Shown piece by piece: positions 38,491 to 48,401 of a DNA stretch of 64,000 nucleotides. Each line of letters begins with the position of its first letter. Positions within the stretch are counted from its first letter, which is position 1. This DNA comes from Pseudomonadota bacterium (GTDB lineage: Archaea; Thermoplasmatota; SW-10-69-26; JACQPN01; JAJPHT01). The stretch lies in assembly GCA_021325135.1 (NCBI GenBank), contig JAJPHT010000015.1, positions 32,001-96,000 of the forward strand, given 5' to 3'. The notes beneath the pieces were generated by a model. The model saw only the letters and a list, made by a program, of their open reading frames with translations. It was not told the DNA's origin and ran no database searches. A program made the translations under genes and the position numbers.

Positions 38491-39540
38491 TCAGGTCCTT
38501 GCGCGCGCACCCCGGCGGCTGCTGCGCACGACGTCGAACGCCTCGGGGCCCAGCACGAACCCGTCCGTGGGGAGCGTGTGCTCGTTGATGAAGACGAAGC
38601 GCAGCACGTAGCTCACGAAGAAGGAGAGCGGGAGCACGACCGCCGAGAGGGCGAGGCCCACCAGCGCGCCCGCGCCGACGCGGCCCAGCGCGTCCACGGC
38701 CCCGTCACCGTAAGCGAGCACCATGCCCGTCGCGGTAAGCACGCTGGGGATGGTGGAGAGGAGCACGGCCCACGACATGTTGCTCAGGCCCCACTGCGTG
38801 TCCATGGTCTTCGCGTAGCGCGAGCCCACGGCGAAGTCGCAGAGGCGATCGGCGAGCCCCTCCAGAGCCTCGCGCAGCGGCCCCTCGGGCGCGCTGCGGG
38901 CGAAGCGCTCCACGTAGTGCGTGGACACGTCCGTCTCGAAGTCCAGCGCGGCTACGAGGAGAGCGTCGGGGCTCGCCCGGCGCGCGTCCAGGGCCGCTGC
39001 GCATTCCACGGCGCGACGCTCGATGGCGTCGAGGAGGTCCCCCAGGGCCACCTCGTCCTCCCGCAGCGCGAGCGCCGTGCTCGGCGCGTTCCGCCGGGCG
39101 AGGCGCGCGTCCGCGGCGGCGGCCTCCAGGAGGCTGCGCAGGAAGTCGCCCAGCGGAAGGGGGACGTGGCCGCGGCCCGAGGCGCTCCTCACGCGCTCGC
39201 GGAAGCCGTGGTTCGCCTCCTCGCGCTCCTGCAGCGAGCGGACGCCCTTCATCTCGCGGCTGAGCGTCAGCGTCGCCACGGAGACGGCGATGGCCGAGGC
39301 GGTCGCGACGGCGGTCACGAAGCGCGCGAACGCCTCCTGCACGTTCTTCTGGCTCGTGACGGCCTTGGCCAGCTCCGCGGGCCCCGCCGCGACGGCCAGG
39401 AGGACGAGGACGAAGGGCAGGAGCGCGAGGCCGAAGGCGAAGAGCGGGCGGCTGAGGCGGTAGCCCACGAGGGCCCACGCCTTGGGCGCGCGGATGCGGT
39501 CGAGGAAGGGCTTCCGGACGCTGGCGAGCGCGTCGGCCAT
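38491..39540 (-). CDS. Four-TM membrane protein, hypothetical
   Basis: Two TM pairs flanking a helical soluble domain. Confidence 0.7.
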   Translation of the reverse strand: MADALASVRKPFLDRIRAPKAWALVGYRLSRPLFAFGLALLPFVLVLLAVAAGPAELAKAVTSQKNVQEAFARFVTAVATASAIAVSVATLTLSREMKGVRSLQEREEANHGFRERVRSASGRGHVPLPLGDFLRSLLEAAAADARLARRNAPSTALALREDEVALGDLLDAIERRAVECAAALDARRASPDALLVAALDFETDVSTHYVERFARSAPEGPLREALEGLADRLCDFAVGSRYAKTMDTQWGLSNMSWAVLLSTIPSVLTATGMVLAYGDGAVDALGRVGAGALVGLALSAVVLPLSFFVSYVLRFVFINEHTLPTDGFVLGPEAFDVVRSSRRGARART

Positions 39541-39650
39541 GCGGGCTCCTCGCCGCAGGGCAGCTTGGCCGTCGTGGCCGTTTCGTCCATGGGCATCGAG
39601 GCGCGGGCGAGGGCGGAAGGCCTTTGGCGGGCGCGCCCGTTGGCCGGCCG

Positions 39651-40700
39651 TTGAAGGTCCTCGCCCGCGAGCCGGAGGAGGGGCGCGCCAGGCTGCGCGT
39701 CGACACGCTGGACGACCTCTGGCACCTGCACGAGCTGGCGCAGCCCGGCGACGTCGCCACCGCCCTCACGTGGCGCACCGCCGAGCTTGACGCGAAGGGC
39801 GCCGAGCGCGCGGGCAAGGCCGAGAAGCGCGCCATGACGCTCTCGGTGAAGGTCGAGCGCGTCGAGTGGGACGCCTTCTCCAACCGCCTGCGCCTCTTGG
39901 GCCCCATCGTCGAGGGTCCGCAGGACGTGGGAAGCTATCACACCCTGGTCGTCGAGCCCGGGGCCGAGCTGACGCTGCGCAAGCCCCGCGGCTTCCGCCC
40001 CCACGACTGGGAGCGCGTGGAGGAGGCCGTCGCGGCGACCCAGCGGCCGCTGGTCACGTTCCTCGCCATCGAGGAGAACGAGGCCGTCGTCGCCCTGCTG
40101 AGGCAGTACGGCGTCCAGCGCATGGCCGAGGTCTTCGGCCACCAGAGCGGCAAGCAGTACGCCACGGGCCGCGCCGAGGAGGAGGCGTTCTTCGACGAGG
40201 TCCTCATGGCGCTGCGCGACTACCGCCCCGAGGGCGCGCCGCTCCTCGTCGTGGGCCCGGGCTTCGCGAAGGAGCGCTTCCTTGCTCACGCCCGCGCGAA
40301 GCAGCCCGCCCTCGTCAAGGGCGCCGCGGTGGAGGCCACGGGGCAGGCCGGCATGGCGGGCGTCCACGAGGCGCTCAAGCGCGGCAGCGTCGAGCGCGTC
40401 GCCAAGGACTCGCGTGTGGCGCGCGAGACCGCCCTCGTCGAGCGATTCCTGGAGGCCTTGGGCAAGGGCGGCCTCGTGGCCTACGGCGCGGACGAGGTGC
40501 GCCGCGCGGCGGAGATGGGGGCGGCGGACGTCGTGCTCGTGGCGGACCACCTCGTGCGCGAGGGCCCCGGCGTCGCCTTCCTGGACCTCGCCCGCGGCAC
40601 GGGCGCGCAGGCTCACATCATCTCCACGCTCCACGAGGCGGGGCAGCGCTTCGACGCGCTGGGCGGGGTCGGCGCGCTCCTGCGTTACCCGCTCCCCTGA
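39651..40700 (+). CDS. pelA: mRNA surveillance protein pelota
   Basis: DDLWHL, RLRLLG.I, GSYHTL, VGPGFAKE, AYGADEV, LGGVGALLRY; TTG start. Confidence 0.95.
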   Translation: MKVLAREPEEGRARLRVDTLDDLWHLHELAQPGDVATALTWRTAELDAKGAERAGKAEKRAMTLSVKVERVEWDAFSNRLRLLGPIVEGPQDVGSYHTLVVEPGAELTLRKPRGFRPHDWERVEEAVAATQRPLVTFLAIEENEAVVALLRQYGVQRMAEVFGHQSGKQYATGRAEEEAFFDEVLMALRDYRPEGAPLLVVGPGFAKERFLAHARAKQPALVKGAAVEATGQAGMAGVHEALKRGSVERVAKDSRVARETALVERFLEALGKGGLVAYGADEVRRAAEMGAADVVLVADHLVREGPGVAFLDLARGTGAQAHIISTLHEAGQRFDALGGVGALLRYPLP

Positions 40701-40754
40701 GGCCCTGGGCCCCTGGGCGCAGGCTTACGCCCCGAGGCGGCCAGCGCGGGCGCG

Positions 40755-41468
40755 ATGCGCGCGGCGGGGCTCCTCCTTCTCTTGGCCCTGCTGGCGCCCG
40801 CCGTCGCCGCGCAGGACCAGGTGCGCATCGCCTTCGCGCTGCGGGAGAGCGACACCGTGATCGAGGGCGACCTCGCCCCGGGGCAGTCGGTCGCCTACGA
40901 GGTGCCCCTCGACGCGCCCAACCTCACCCGCGTAACGTTCTCGCTGACGTGGTCCGAGACGCAGGACCTCACGGGGCTCTCGGGCCCTGACTCGTTCCAC
41001 CTCTCTGTCTCCACGCCCCAGGGGCGGACCGCCGGGGAGACCAGCGGCTCGCGCGGCGCCCTGGAGGTGGCCTCCGACGCCAACGAGCTTCCCGCCAGCG
41101 CCATCGTCCCCGCCTCCGAGGCCGCGGAGCGCATGGCCGCAGCCACGACGCACGCGGGCCAGGGCGCGTGGCGCGCGACGGTGCGGCTCGACGACGCGGG
41201 CGGCGCCCTCGACCGCGGCAACCACCACCGGCTCACCGTGCGCGCGCTGCGCTACGAGGCCGTCCCCCTGACGCCCGCCACCGGCGGCCCCGATTTCGGC
41301 GCCCGGGTCGCGTCGCCCCCGGACTGGCCCGGCGCGGCCGCCCTCCTGGGGGTCGGGGCCTGCATCCTCGCGGGTGCAGGGATCGGCCAGGCCGTCGCCC
41401 GTCGCCGGGCGCGCAAGGCCCGATCCGCTCTCCCTCCAGGGGACAACACCCCCTTGGCGAAACGGTGA
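40755..41468 (+). CDS. Secreted protein with C-terminal TM anchor
   Basis: Signal peptide; TM plus RRRARK. Confidence 0.7.
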   Translation: MRAAGLLLLLALLAPAVAAQDQVRIAFALRESDTVIEGDLAPGQSVAYEVPLDAPNLTRVTFSLTWSETQDLTGLSGPDSFHLSVSTPQGRTAGETSGSRGALEVASDANELPASAIVPASEAAERMAAATTHAGQGAWRATVRLDDAGGALDRGNHHRLTVRALRYEAVPLTPATGGPDFGARVASPPDWPGAAALLGVGACILAGAGIGQAVARRRARKARSALPPGDNTPLAKR

Positions 41469-41504
41469 CACCCCGAGGTCGCCCGGCCGGGTGACGGGCG
41501 ATGG

Positions 41505-41786
41505 GTGATAGCCCCCCGCCCCATTCTCCGACGCATGGAATCGGCGCTCGCCTCCGACGCGTACCTGGAGGCGTTCATGAGCGGCTTCGAGTTCGTCCTG
41601 CTGGCCATCCGCGGCCGGCTCGCCGAGGGGGAGGTCCCCCCGGAAGAGCGCGCCCGGCTGGAGGGTTTCCTGGCGGACTACTGGCGCATCTCCGCCTCGT
41701 ACCACGCGCGCCACCCGGCGAAGCCCACGCACGGCCTGACCGTGGACGTGTTCCGCGCCGACCTGCCCGCGCAGGCCGTGAACTGA
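41505..41786 (+). CDS. Hypothetical protein
   Basis: GC3-rich ORF; alternative start 41535. Confidence 0.6.
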   Translation: MIAPRPILRRMESALASDAYLEAFMSGFEFVLLAIRGRLAEGEVPPEERARLEGFLADYWRISASYHARHPAKPTHGLTVDVFRADLPAQAVN

Positions 41787-42005
41787 TCAGTCGAGGGCCT
41801 TCAGGCGCTTGACGAGGGCGCGGACCCCCACCAGGATCAGCCCGTAGGATAGGAGCGAGTCCCAGTCGTGCTTCGCCATGGCCGGGCTCTCCGAGACGAG
41901 AAGCCGGCGGACCTCCTCCTTCTCCTCCGCCGTCAGATGGTGGGTCACCTGGTCCTTGCCCAGGAGATATTGGAGACGCCGGAAGCCGGCGGGAGAGAGC
42001 GTCAT
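41787..42005 (-). CDS. Small hypothetical protein
   Basis: ATG overlaps upstream TGA (ATGA); GGAGG upstream. Confidence 0.6.
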   Translation of the reverse strand: MTLSPAGFRRLQYLLGKDQVTHHLTAEEKEEVRRLLVSESPAMAKHDWDSLLSYGLILVGVRALVKRLKALD

Positions 42006-42265
42006 CGTCGGCCTCCGCGGAAGGACCGGCGAACGTCCTCCGACCCGTGCCGTCGGATCATGTCCCTTAGAGGTTCTAAGACCTCCATTTCTTTTTCGAG
42101 CATCCGGATGCGCTCCTCGGTTTCCTTGGCGGGATGCTCCTCGGCGTCTCGCTCCAGCCGGCCCAGCCGCCGCTCCAGGGCGATGCGGAACGCCACCGCG
42201 GAGGCGCCGAAGCTGAGGAGCGCGCCTACGCCCGCGTCCAGGACCGAGCCGGGGAGATCGACCAC
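42002..42265 (-). CDS. Small TM plus coiled-coil protein
   Basis: N-terminal hydrophobic helix; charged heptad tail; start uncertain. Confidence 0.55.
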   Translation of the reverse strand: MVDLPGSVLDAGVGALLSFGASAVAFRIALERRLGRLERDAEEHPAKETEERIRMLEKEMEVLEPLRDMIRRHGSEDVRRSFRGGRR

Positions 42266-42367
42266 GCGGAGGTAGGTCGCGCGGGGCGTGATGAATCCTC
42301 TCCGGGAATCGCGCCACGCGACGCAGAGGCACGGAGCCTTCATGACCCGTCAACGGTCTGCCCGCGC

Positions 42368-43288
42368 GTGACCGGCATCCTGGAGACGGAGGGTCTCGTG
42401 AAGACGTACCGCGGCGTGCGCGCCGTGGACAACGTCACCCTCTCCGTCCAGAAGGGGGAGATCTACGGCTTCCTCGGCCCCAACGGCGCGGGCAAGACGA
42501 CCACGCTGCGCATGCTCATGGGCCTCGCGCGGCCCGACGCGGGGCAGGTCCGCGTCCGCGGCGTCGACCCCCTGGCGGACCCCGCGGGCGCCCACTCCGG
42601 GCTGGGCTTCCTCCCCGAGACGCTCTCCTTCTACAAGACGCTCAGCGGCCGGCAGACGCTCCGCTTCTTCGCCGAGGTCAAGGGGCTGCCCCGCGAGCGC
42701 GCCGACGAGGCGCTGGCCCTCGTGGGCCTCGCCGAGGCGGGCGACAAGCGCGTGGGCGAATACTCCCGTGGCATGACGCAGCGCGTCGGCCTCGCGCAGG
42801 CGCTCATGGGCGACCCCGAGATCCTCGTCCTCGACGAGCCCACCGGCGGCCTCGACCCCCTCGCGCACCGCCAGGTGAAGGACCTCCTGCGCGACCGCAA
42901 CCGCAAGGGGACGACCATCATCTTCAGCAGCCACATCCTCACCGAGGTCCAGGAGCTTGCCAACCGCGTCGGCATGATGCGCAAGGGCCAGCTCGTCGCC
43001 CAGGACACCGTGGACGCCCTGCGCAGCCGCATCGGCCTCAAGGGCACCCTCGTCCTCACCGTGCAGAACGCCTCGCCCTCCATCGCGGTGGAGGTCCAGA
43101 AGATGCCCGGCGTCGACTCCGCGACGCTCCAGGGGGACCGCCTCTCGGTGGTCTGCGACGCCGCGCTGCGCTTCGACGTCGCCAAGCGCGTCGAGGAGAG
43201 CGGCGGCCGCGTCCTCAACATGGAGACCAAGGACGCGAGCCTCGAAGACGTGTTCGTCACCCTTGCCCAGGGAGGTGCCGTCCGATGA
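42368..43288 (+). CDS. ABC transporter ATP-binding protein
   Basis: GPNGAGKTT, YSRGM, LVLDEPT, SSH. Confidence 0.95.
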   Translation: MTGILETEGLVKTYRGVRAVDNVTLSVQKGEIYGFLGPNGAGKTTTLRMLMGLARPDAGQVRVRGVDPLADPAGAHSGLGFLPETLSFYKTLSGRQTLRFFAEVKGLPRERADEALALVGLAEAGDKRVGEYSRGMTQRVGLAQALMGDPEILVLDEPTGGLDPLAHRQVKDLLRDRNRKGTTIIFSSHILTEVQELANRVGMMRKGQLVAQDTVDALRSRIGLKGTLVLTVQNASPSIAVEVQKMPGVDSATLQGDRLSVVCDAALRFDVAKRVEESGGRVLNMETKDASLEDVFVTLAQGGAVR

Positions 43289-44151
43289 GCTGGACCGCCG
43301 TCGCCAAGAAGGAGTTCCTGGAGAACGTCCGCAACTACTGGATCATCGCCATCACGGTGGTCTTCCTGGTGCTGGTGCTCGTGAGCAGCGCCGTCGTGGG
43401 CGCCTTCTCCAGCGTGGGCAGCAACGCCCCCGCGCGCCTCGCCAGCATCGACGCCACCATCACGACCATGCGCTTCGTGGGCGGCTTCCTGCTGCCTATC
43501 ATCGCGCTCATGCTGGGCTTCGGCACGCTGGCGGGCGAGCGCGAGAGCGGCAGCCTCGGGCTCCTCATCGCGCAGCCGGTCACGCGCGCCCAGATCCTCC
43601 TGGGCAAGTTCGTGGGCCTCTACGCGGTCCTTGCCTCCGCGATCCTCGTGGGGCTGGGCGGCTCCGCGCTCATCGTGCTGGCCAACGCGCCCTCCTCGCC
43701 CAACGCGATGAACCACCTGATCCTCTTCCTCGTCATCACGCTGGCGTGGGCCGGCGCGTGGCTCTCGCTGACGCTCCTCGTCTCGGCGTACTTCCAGCGC
43801 CGCGGCACCGCGATCGCGGGCAGCCTCCTGGCGTGGTTCATCATGTCCATCGTCTGGCTGCCGCTCACCATCCTCCTCGTGGTCGCGGCAGGCGCCCGCG
43901 TGGCGTCTGCCCCCGGCGCGCGCCCCTCGGCGCCAAGCTGGCTCAACGTCATGGAGCTGCTCAACCCCGACGCGGTGTACGGCGGCCTCCTGGCCAAGAG
44001 CATCGGCGGCCTCGCGGGCGTCGTGGGCCAGCTTCTGGAGGCCGTGGTGCCCAGCCAGCCGTCCACGGCCACGTTCGTCGTCGCCATGGCGGCGTGGATT
44101 GTCGTCCCCCTGGCGGGCGCCTACTGGCTCTTCGCCAACAAGGACGTCTGA
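43285..44151 (+). CDS. ABC-2 permease (NosY-like)
   Basis: AGERESGSLGLLIAQPVTRAQILLGK; six TM helices. Confidence 0.9.
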   Translation: MSWTAVAKKEFLENVRNYWIIAITVVFLVLVLVSSAVVGAFSSVGSNAPARLASIDATITTMRFVGGFLLPIIALMLGFGTLAGERESGSLGLLIAQPVTRAQILLGKFVGLYAVLASAILVGLGGSALIVLANAPSSPNAMNHLILFLVITLAWAGAWLSLTLLVSAYFQRRGTAIAGSLLAWFIMSIVWLPLTILLVVAAGARVASAPGARPSAPSWLNVMELLNPDAVYGGLLAKSIGGLAGVVGQLLEAVVPSQPSTATFVVAMAAWIVVPLAGAYWLFANKDV

Positions 44152-44157
44152 GGCGCC

Positions 44158-44460
44158 CTACGGGAGCCGCAGGTTGTCCTTGAAGCCCTTCACCTGCCCG
44201 CGGCGGCGCAGGTAGGAGAGGAGGGAGTGGACGCGCCCCAGGGGGATGCGCGTCCGGCGCTGGATGTCTGCGGCCGAGCGGGCCCCCGCGCGCATGGCCT
44301 CCAGGATGGCCCCCGTCTGGGTGGAGCGGGCGGGCTTGCGGGCCCGCACGGGGCGGTGGGGGTGCTTGGCCATGGAGTGCGCCCGGGCGTCCCTGGAGCT
44401 GGGGAATAGGGCGAAGCACGCCGTGCAGGCGTAACTGATCACCTTGCGAACGCGCCGCAT
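44158..44460 (-). CDS. C2H2 zinc finger plus winged-HTH protein
   Basis: YACTACFALFPSSRDARAHSMAKH then ILEAM..SAADIQRRT..VHSLLSYLRRRGQV. Confidence 0.65.
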   Translation of the reverse strand: MRRVRKVISYACTACFALFPSSRDARAHSMAKHPHRPVRARKPARSTQTGAILEAMRAGARSAADIQRRTRIPLGRVHSLLSYLRRRGQVKGFKDNLRLP

Positions 44461-44527
44461 GTCCTTGGGATTCCAAGGTCTGTCAAGAGCATTTCGGCTC
44501 GTCACGGAAGCGTTGAGGGGTTTCGCG

Positions 44528-45418
44528 TTACGCGCCGGCGGGGACGGACGCGGCGGCGGGGGCGCTCTCGGGCGCCAGGTCGCGGGGCTGGAAGGAGAGG
44601 TAGACGTTGTAGAGGAACAGCGCGAGCGCCGTCCCCACGGGGGCGTAGACGAGGCTCATGACGAAGGGGCCGTAGATGCCCGTGACGCCCACGACGGGGC
44701 CCGCGAGGAGGCCGACGCCCCCCGTGAGGAGGAAGCCGAAGAGGAGCGCCACCAGCGTCGTCGCCAGGTGGTCCGAGACGAGCTGCACGCTTTCCCGCAC
44801 GGCGCTGCGGACGCCCTTCCCCGACTCGATGACCGCGTAGGGCGCGTAGAGGAGGAGCACGTCCACGGCCAGGACGCCCAGCCCGTAGTTGCCGAAGCGC
44901 GGCAGCAGCAGCGGGAGCAGCAGCGCGGCGATGGCGAGGATGGCCTGGACGCCGCGCAGCGCGAGGAACGTCCGCCAGTGGCGCCCTCCGGTCGTGGTGA
45001 AGGCCTCCTTGATGCGGCTCCACGCGTCGGGGTGGCGCCCCTCCTCCAGGATGTCGTGCTCGGTGAGGTAGACCACCTTGAGGACGCCCAGGAAGCCCGC
45101 CTCGGCGTAGGCCAGGAGCGGGATGGAGACGAGGATGAGCGTGAGGGCGGCGAGGATGGCGAGGCGGCCCAGCCCCGAGATGGCGGGCGTCGGGCCCATG
45201 ACGTCGCCCACGGTGGGGAGCGCGTGGGGCACCGCGACGGGGAAGAGCGGCAGGCGGTAGCCCTGGGGGAAGAGAAGCTCGACGTGCGCGATGGAGGCGA
45301 AGAGCGCGGTGCCCAGGAGGAGGTAGCCCAGGTCCACCAGCAGGGGCACGAGGACGGCGCGGGGCCGGTGCAGCACGGCGTCGACGCTCCGGCCGAACAG
45401 CTCGCCGACGCCCTCCAT
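44528..45418 (-). CDS. Multi-TM membrane protein
   Basis: About six hydrophobic segments; AVRESVQLV motif. Confidence 0.75.
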   Translation of the reverse strand: MEGVGELFGRSVDAVLHRPRAVLVPLLVDLGYLLLGTALFASIAHVELLFPQGYRLPLFPVAVPHALPTVGDVMGPTPAISGLGRLAILAALTLILVSIPLLAYAEAGFLGVLKVVYLTEHDILEEGRHPDAWSRIKEAFTTTGGRHWRTFLALRGVQAILAIAALLLPLLLPRFGNYGLGVLAVDVLLLYAPYAVIESGKGVRSAVRESVQLVSDHLATTLVALLFGFLLTGGVGLLAGPVVGVTGIYGPFVMSLVYAPVGTALALFLYNVYLSFQPRDLAPESAPAAASVPAGA

Positions 45419-45444
45419 GCGGGGGGATGGCGGGGCGGAGCCCT

Positions 45445-45813
45445 TCAATCTTGCTTGTCGTGGGCGGCCGCTTCCTTCGCCTTGACCTCGGGCGTCTTGT
45501 TGGAGCCCGGCTTCGCGGCGTGATAGCGCAGCCGCTCGACGGGCGCGCCGCCGCGGACGTGCGACTCGAAAAGCTCGTCCACGTCCGCCATCGTGACGCC
45601 GGAGTGCCAGACGTTGTCGGGCCACGTCACCATCATGGGGCCGTGGCCGCACTGGCCGAAGCAGCCCGACTTCGTGACGCGGATCTCCTTGTCGAGGCCG
45701 GCCGCCTTGGTCTTCTCCTTGAGCGCGGCGCGGATCTCGTCGGACCCGTCCAGGCGGCACCAGGAGCCGTAGGTGCACACGAAGAGCTGGCGTTGGTACG
45801 GGGCGTCGGCCAC
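45445..45813 (-). CDS. Thioredoxin-like [2Fe-2S] ferredoxin
   Basis: LFVC...C...SGCFGQCGHGP..WPDNVWH; GTG start. Confidence 0.9.
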   Translation of the reverse strand: MADAPYQRQLFVCTYGSWCRLDGSDEIRAALKEKTKAAGLDKEIRVTKSGCFGQCGHGPMMVTWPDNVWHSGVTMADVDELFESHVRGGAPVERLRYHAAKPGSNKTPEVKAKEAAAHDKQD

Positions 45814-45849
45814 GAAGCGGTCATCCGGGGGGCGCGCGATGAACCCTTT

Positions 45850-46731
45850 GTGCGCCCCGCCACGGAAGGAGCCCTCCTCGCCGCGGCGAGCGCGGTCGCC
45901 TACGGCAGCCTGGGGGTCCTCACCAAGCTCGCCTACGCGGAGGGGTGGAACGTCCCCAGCCTTCTCGCGGCGCGCTTCGGCGTCGCGGCGCTGGTCGTGC
46001 TCCCCTTTGCCCTCGCGCGGCGCGGCCCGTGGCGCGGCTTCGGCGCGGGCTTCCTCGTGGGCGCCCTGGGCTACGCCAGCACGACGGCGCTCTACTTCCC
46101 CAGCATCCGCCTGCTCCCCGCGGCGCTGGCGAGCTTCCTGCTCTACCTCGCGCCGCCCATCGTCGCGGTCCTCTCGTACCTCCTCCTGCGCGAGCGCATG
46201 GGCGCGTGGGGCGTCGCGGCCCTCGTCCTCGCGCTGGGCGGGCTCGCGCTCATGGCGTCGGGCGCGGCCACGGGCGAGGCGTCGGGCCTGGGCGTCCTGC
46301 TGGCCGTGGGCAGCGCGGTCGCCTACGCGCTCACGACGCTGGCCAGCCGCCGCGTCGCAGGCGCTCTGCACTGGACGCGCGCCTCGCTGGCCGTGGCCCT
46401 GGGCGCCTTCGCGAGCTATCTCGCCTTCTCCCTGGCGACGCGGCAGCTGGCCATCCCGCGCAGCCCCGCGGGCCTCCTGGACGCCTTGGGCATCGGCACC
46501 TTGGCGGGCGGGGTCGCGCTCTCGCTCTTCATGATGGCGCTGCCGCGCATCGGCGCGTCGCGCACGTCGGTCATCTCCACCCTGGAGCCCGTGAGCACCC
46601 TCGCGCTGGGCGCCTTCGTCCTGGGCGAGGTGCCCGGCTGGCTGGGGCTCCTGGGCGGGCTCCTCATCGTGGTGGCCGCGGCGCTGGTGGCGGCCACGGG
46701 CCACGAGACGCGCCCCGCCACGGGCGAGTGA
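45850..46731 (+). CDS. EamA/DMT-family transporter
   Basis: Ten TM helices; LLYLAP, LLRER, IGASRTSVISTLEPV. Confidence 0.9.
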   Translation: MRPATEGALLAAASAVAYGSLGVLTKLAYAEGWNVPSLLAARFGVAALVVLPFALARRGPWRGFGAGFLVGALGYASTTALYFPSIRLLPAALASFLLYLAPPIVAVLSYLLLRERMGAWGVAALVLALGGLALMASGAATGEASGLGVLLAVGSAVAYALTTLASRRVAGALHWTRASLAVALGAFASYLAFSLATRQLAIPRSPAGLLDALGIGTLAGGVALSLFMMALPRIGASRTSVISTLEPVSTLALGAFVLGEVPGWLGLLGGLLIVVAAALVAATGHETRPATGE

Positions 46732-46732
46732 G

Positions 46733-47893
46733 TCAGAGGCAGTTGGCCCTGGGCTGCACCCGCGCCTCCACGAGCCCCGCGTAGGCGACGCGCAGCAGGT
46801 GGGTCGCGTGATAGCCGCTCACGGGATCGGTCTCCGCGCGGACCACCGTCGCGTCCCCTGCGTGCAGCAGCGTGCCGCTGACGTACACGTCGTCGCCCAC
46901 CGGGCGGACGTCGAGGACGGAGAGGCTGGCGTTCCACGGATCGGGGAGCCAGCGCCCCTCGGGCGGCACGGGGACGAAGCCCACGCGGTCCGCGCTGAAG
47001 GTGACCGTGTGGTTGGGCATGGGGCCGTGCCGGAAGTCGCGCACGAGGGACCACGCCTCCACCTGGGGCGTCGCGTTGCCCACGGGGCGCAGCGTGAGCG
47101 AGGGCGGGTCAAGCGCGTAGTCGGCCGGCGCGCAGTGCCCGCCGAAGTCCGCCATGGCGTCGGGGCCCGTGCCGTTGAGCCAGTCCAGCTCGTCCACCAC
47201 GAGGAGGCGCGTGACAAGGGGGCCCGTGGGCGCGGGGAGGACCTCCACGGTGGCGTTGGCCTGGAGGGGCGGCGCGTCGCTCCCGCCCTGCACGGGGTTC
47301 CAGCCGGGCCGGAAGGAGACGCGCAGCGCGTGGGGGCCCGCCTGCGCGCGGACGAACGTCGGGCACATGGTGACGCCTCCCCTCCCTGCGGGGCACCACG
47401 CCTGGCGGGCAAGCGTGCCGTTCCACCGATAGCGCTCGACGTGCGTCTCGTTGGGCGCCAGCGTGAAGCGGACCGGGAGCCCGTCGCGATATTGCATGCA
47501 GACGCCGTGGCTGATGGCGTTGAAGCGCGAGTCGATGGGCGTCGCGTTGCTCAGCCCCTCCAGGTGGTCGCCGTCCACGGGGGCCAGCCTGGGAAGGTCG
47601 GCGTAGGTGTCGTAGACGTCCACGCCGTCGTCGACGGTCACATGGAGGCCCGCGTCGTCGAAGCACATGCCGCTGGGCGGCACCGCCAGGGGCGCGGCGC
47701 CGCAGTTGCGCAGCGCCAGCGTGATGACCACCGAGCCCCCGGGCGGGAGCCGCGGCGGCTCGACGCCCAGGTCGAGGGCGGGCTGCGGGCCTGCGCAGGC
47801 CGGAATGGCCGCGTCCGCCGACGACGCGCCTGGCTGGGGAGCGAAGCACCCTGCAAGCAGGCACGCGGCCACGAGCGGCGCGATCGATCGCAC
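46733..47893 (-). CDS. Lipoprotein with Ig-like domain
   Basis: Lipobox LLAGC after GTG 47893; WNGT motif resembling the 21836 lipoprotein. Confidence 0.75.
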   Translation of the reverse strand: MRSIAPLVAACLLAGCFAPQPGASSADAAIPACAGPQPALDLGVEPPRLPPGGSVVITLALRNCGAAPLAVPPSGMCFDDAGLHVTVDDGVDVYDTYADLPRLAPVDGDHLEGLSNATPIDSRFNAISHGVCMQYRDGLPVRFTLAPNETHVERYRWNGTLARQAWCPAGRGGVTMCPTFVRAQAGPHALRVSFRPGWNPVQGGSDAPPLQANATVEVLPAPTGPLVTRLLVVDELDWLNGTGPDAMADFGGHCAPADYALDPPSLTLRPVGNATPQVEAWSLVRDFRHGPMPNHTVTFSADRVGFVPVPPEGRWLPDPWNASLSVLDVRPVGDDVYVSGTLLHAGDATVVRAETDPVSGYHATHLLRVAYAGLVEARVQPRANCL

Positions 47894-47960
47894 GCCTTTG
47901 GACTGGGCGCGCCCGTGCAAGGCGTTGCCGCCCCTGGTCGGGCAAAACCGAACGCGCGGA

Positions 47961-48320
47961 TCAGAGGCCGCCCACGAGGTCGTGGAACGTCCGCAGAAGG
48001 TCGTTCCACGGGCGGTCGCCCGAGAAGCGCAACCGCTCGCGGCGTCGCCAGCCGAAGAGTCCCCGCCTGCGCTCCCACGCGATCGTGGTGGGCACGCTCT
48101 GCACGCGCCCGCGCCGGGCCTCCGCATGGTCGCGGTCCACGTCCACGCTCACGAACGCGACCTTGGCGTGCGGGAACTCCCGGCGCATCTCGCGCTCCAG
48201 GCGCTGGAACTTGGGTGTGTACCCCTTGCAGGGGATGCACCACGTCGCGTAGTAGTCCACGACGACCAGGTCGTTCTCCACGAGGAGCCGCTCCATCTCC
48301 TCGGGGGTGGGGGTGTCCAT
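47961..48320 (-). CDS. Thioredoxin-family protein
   Basis: VVDYYATWCIPCK, VDVD, VQSVPT. Confidence 0.88.
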   Translation of the reverse strand: MDTPTPEEMERLLVENDLVVVDYYATWCIPCKGYTPKFQRLEREMRREFPHAKVAFVSVDVDRDHAEARRGRVQSVPTTIAWERRRGLFGWRRRERLRFSGDRPWNDLLRTFHDLVGGL

Positions 48321-48401
48321 GCCCCTGGACCTGGGTGGGGGGCCATGATGGTTGCTGACGCTGCCCCTTGATCTTCAGGAGGCTCCGCGGGTTTTTTTAT
48401 T

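Noticed and set aside
34401-40700. rqcH and pelota as a ribosome-rescue operon
   Set aside because: Separated by a CLC gene and two opposite-strand genes; no evidence of co-transcription
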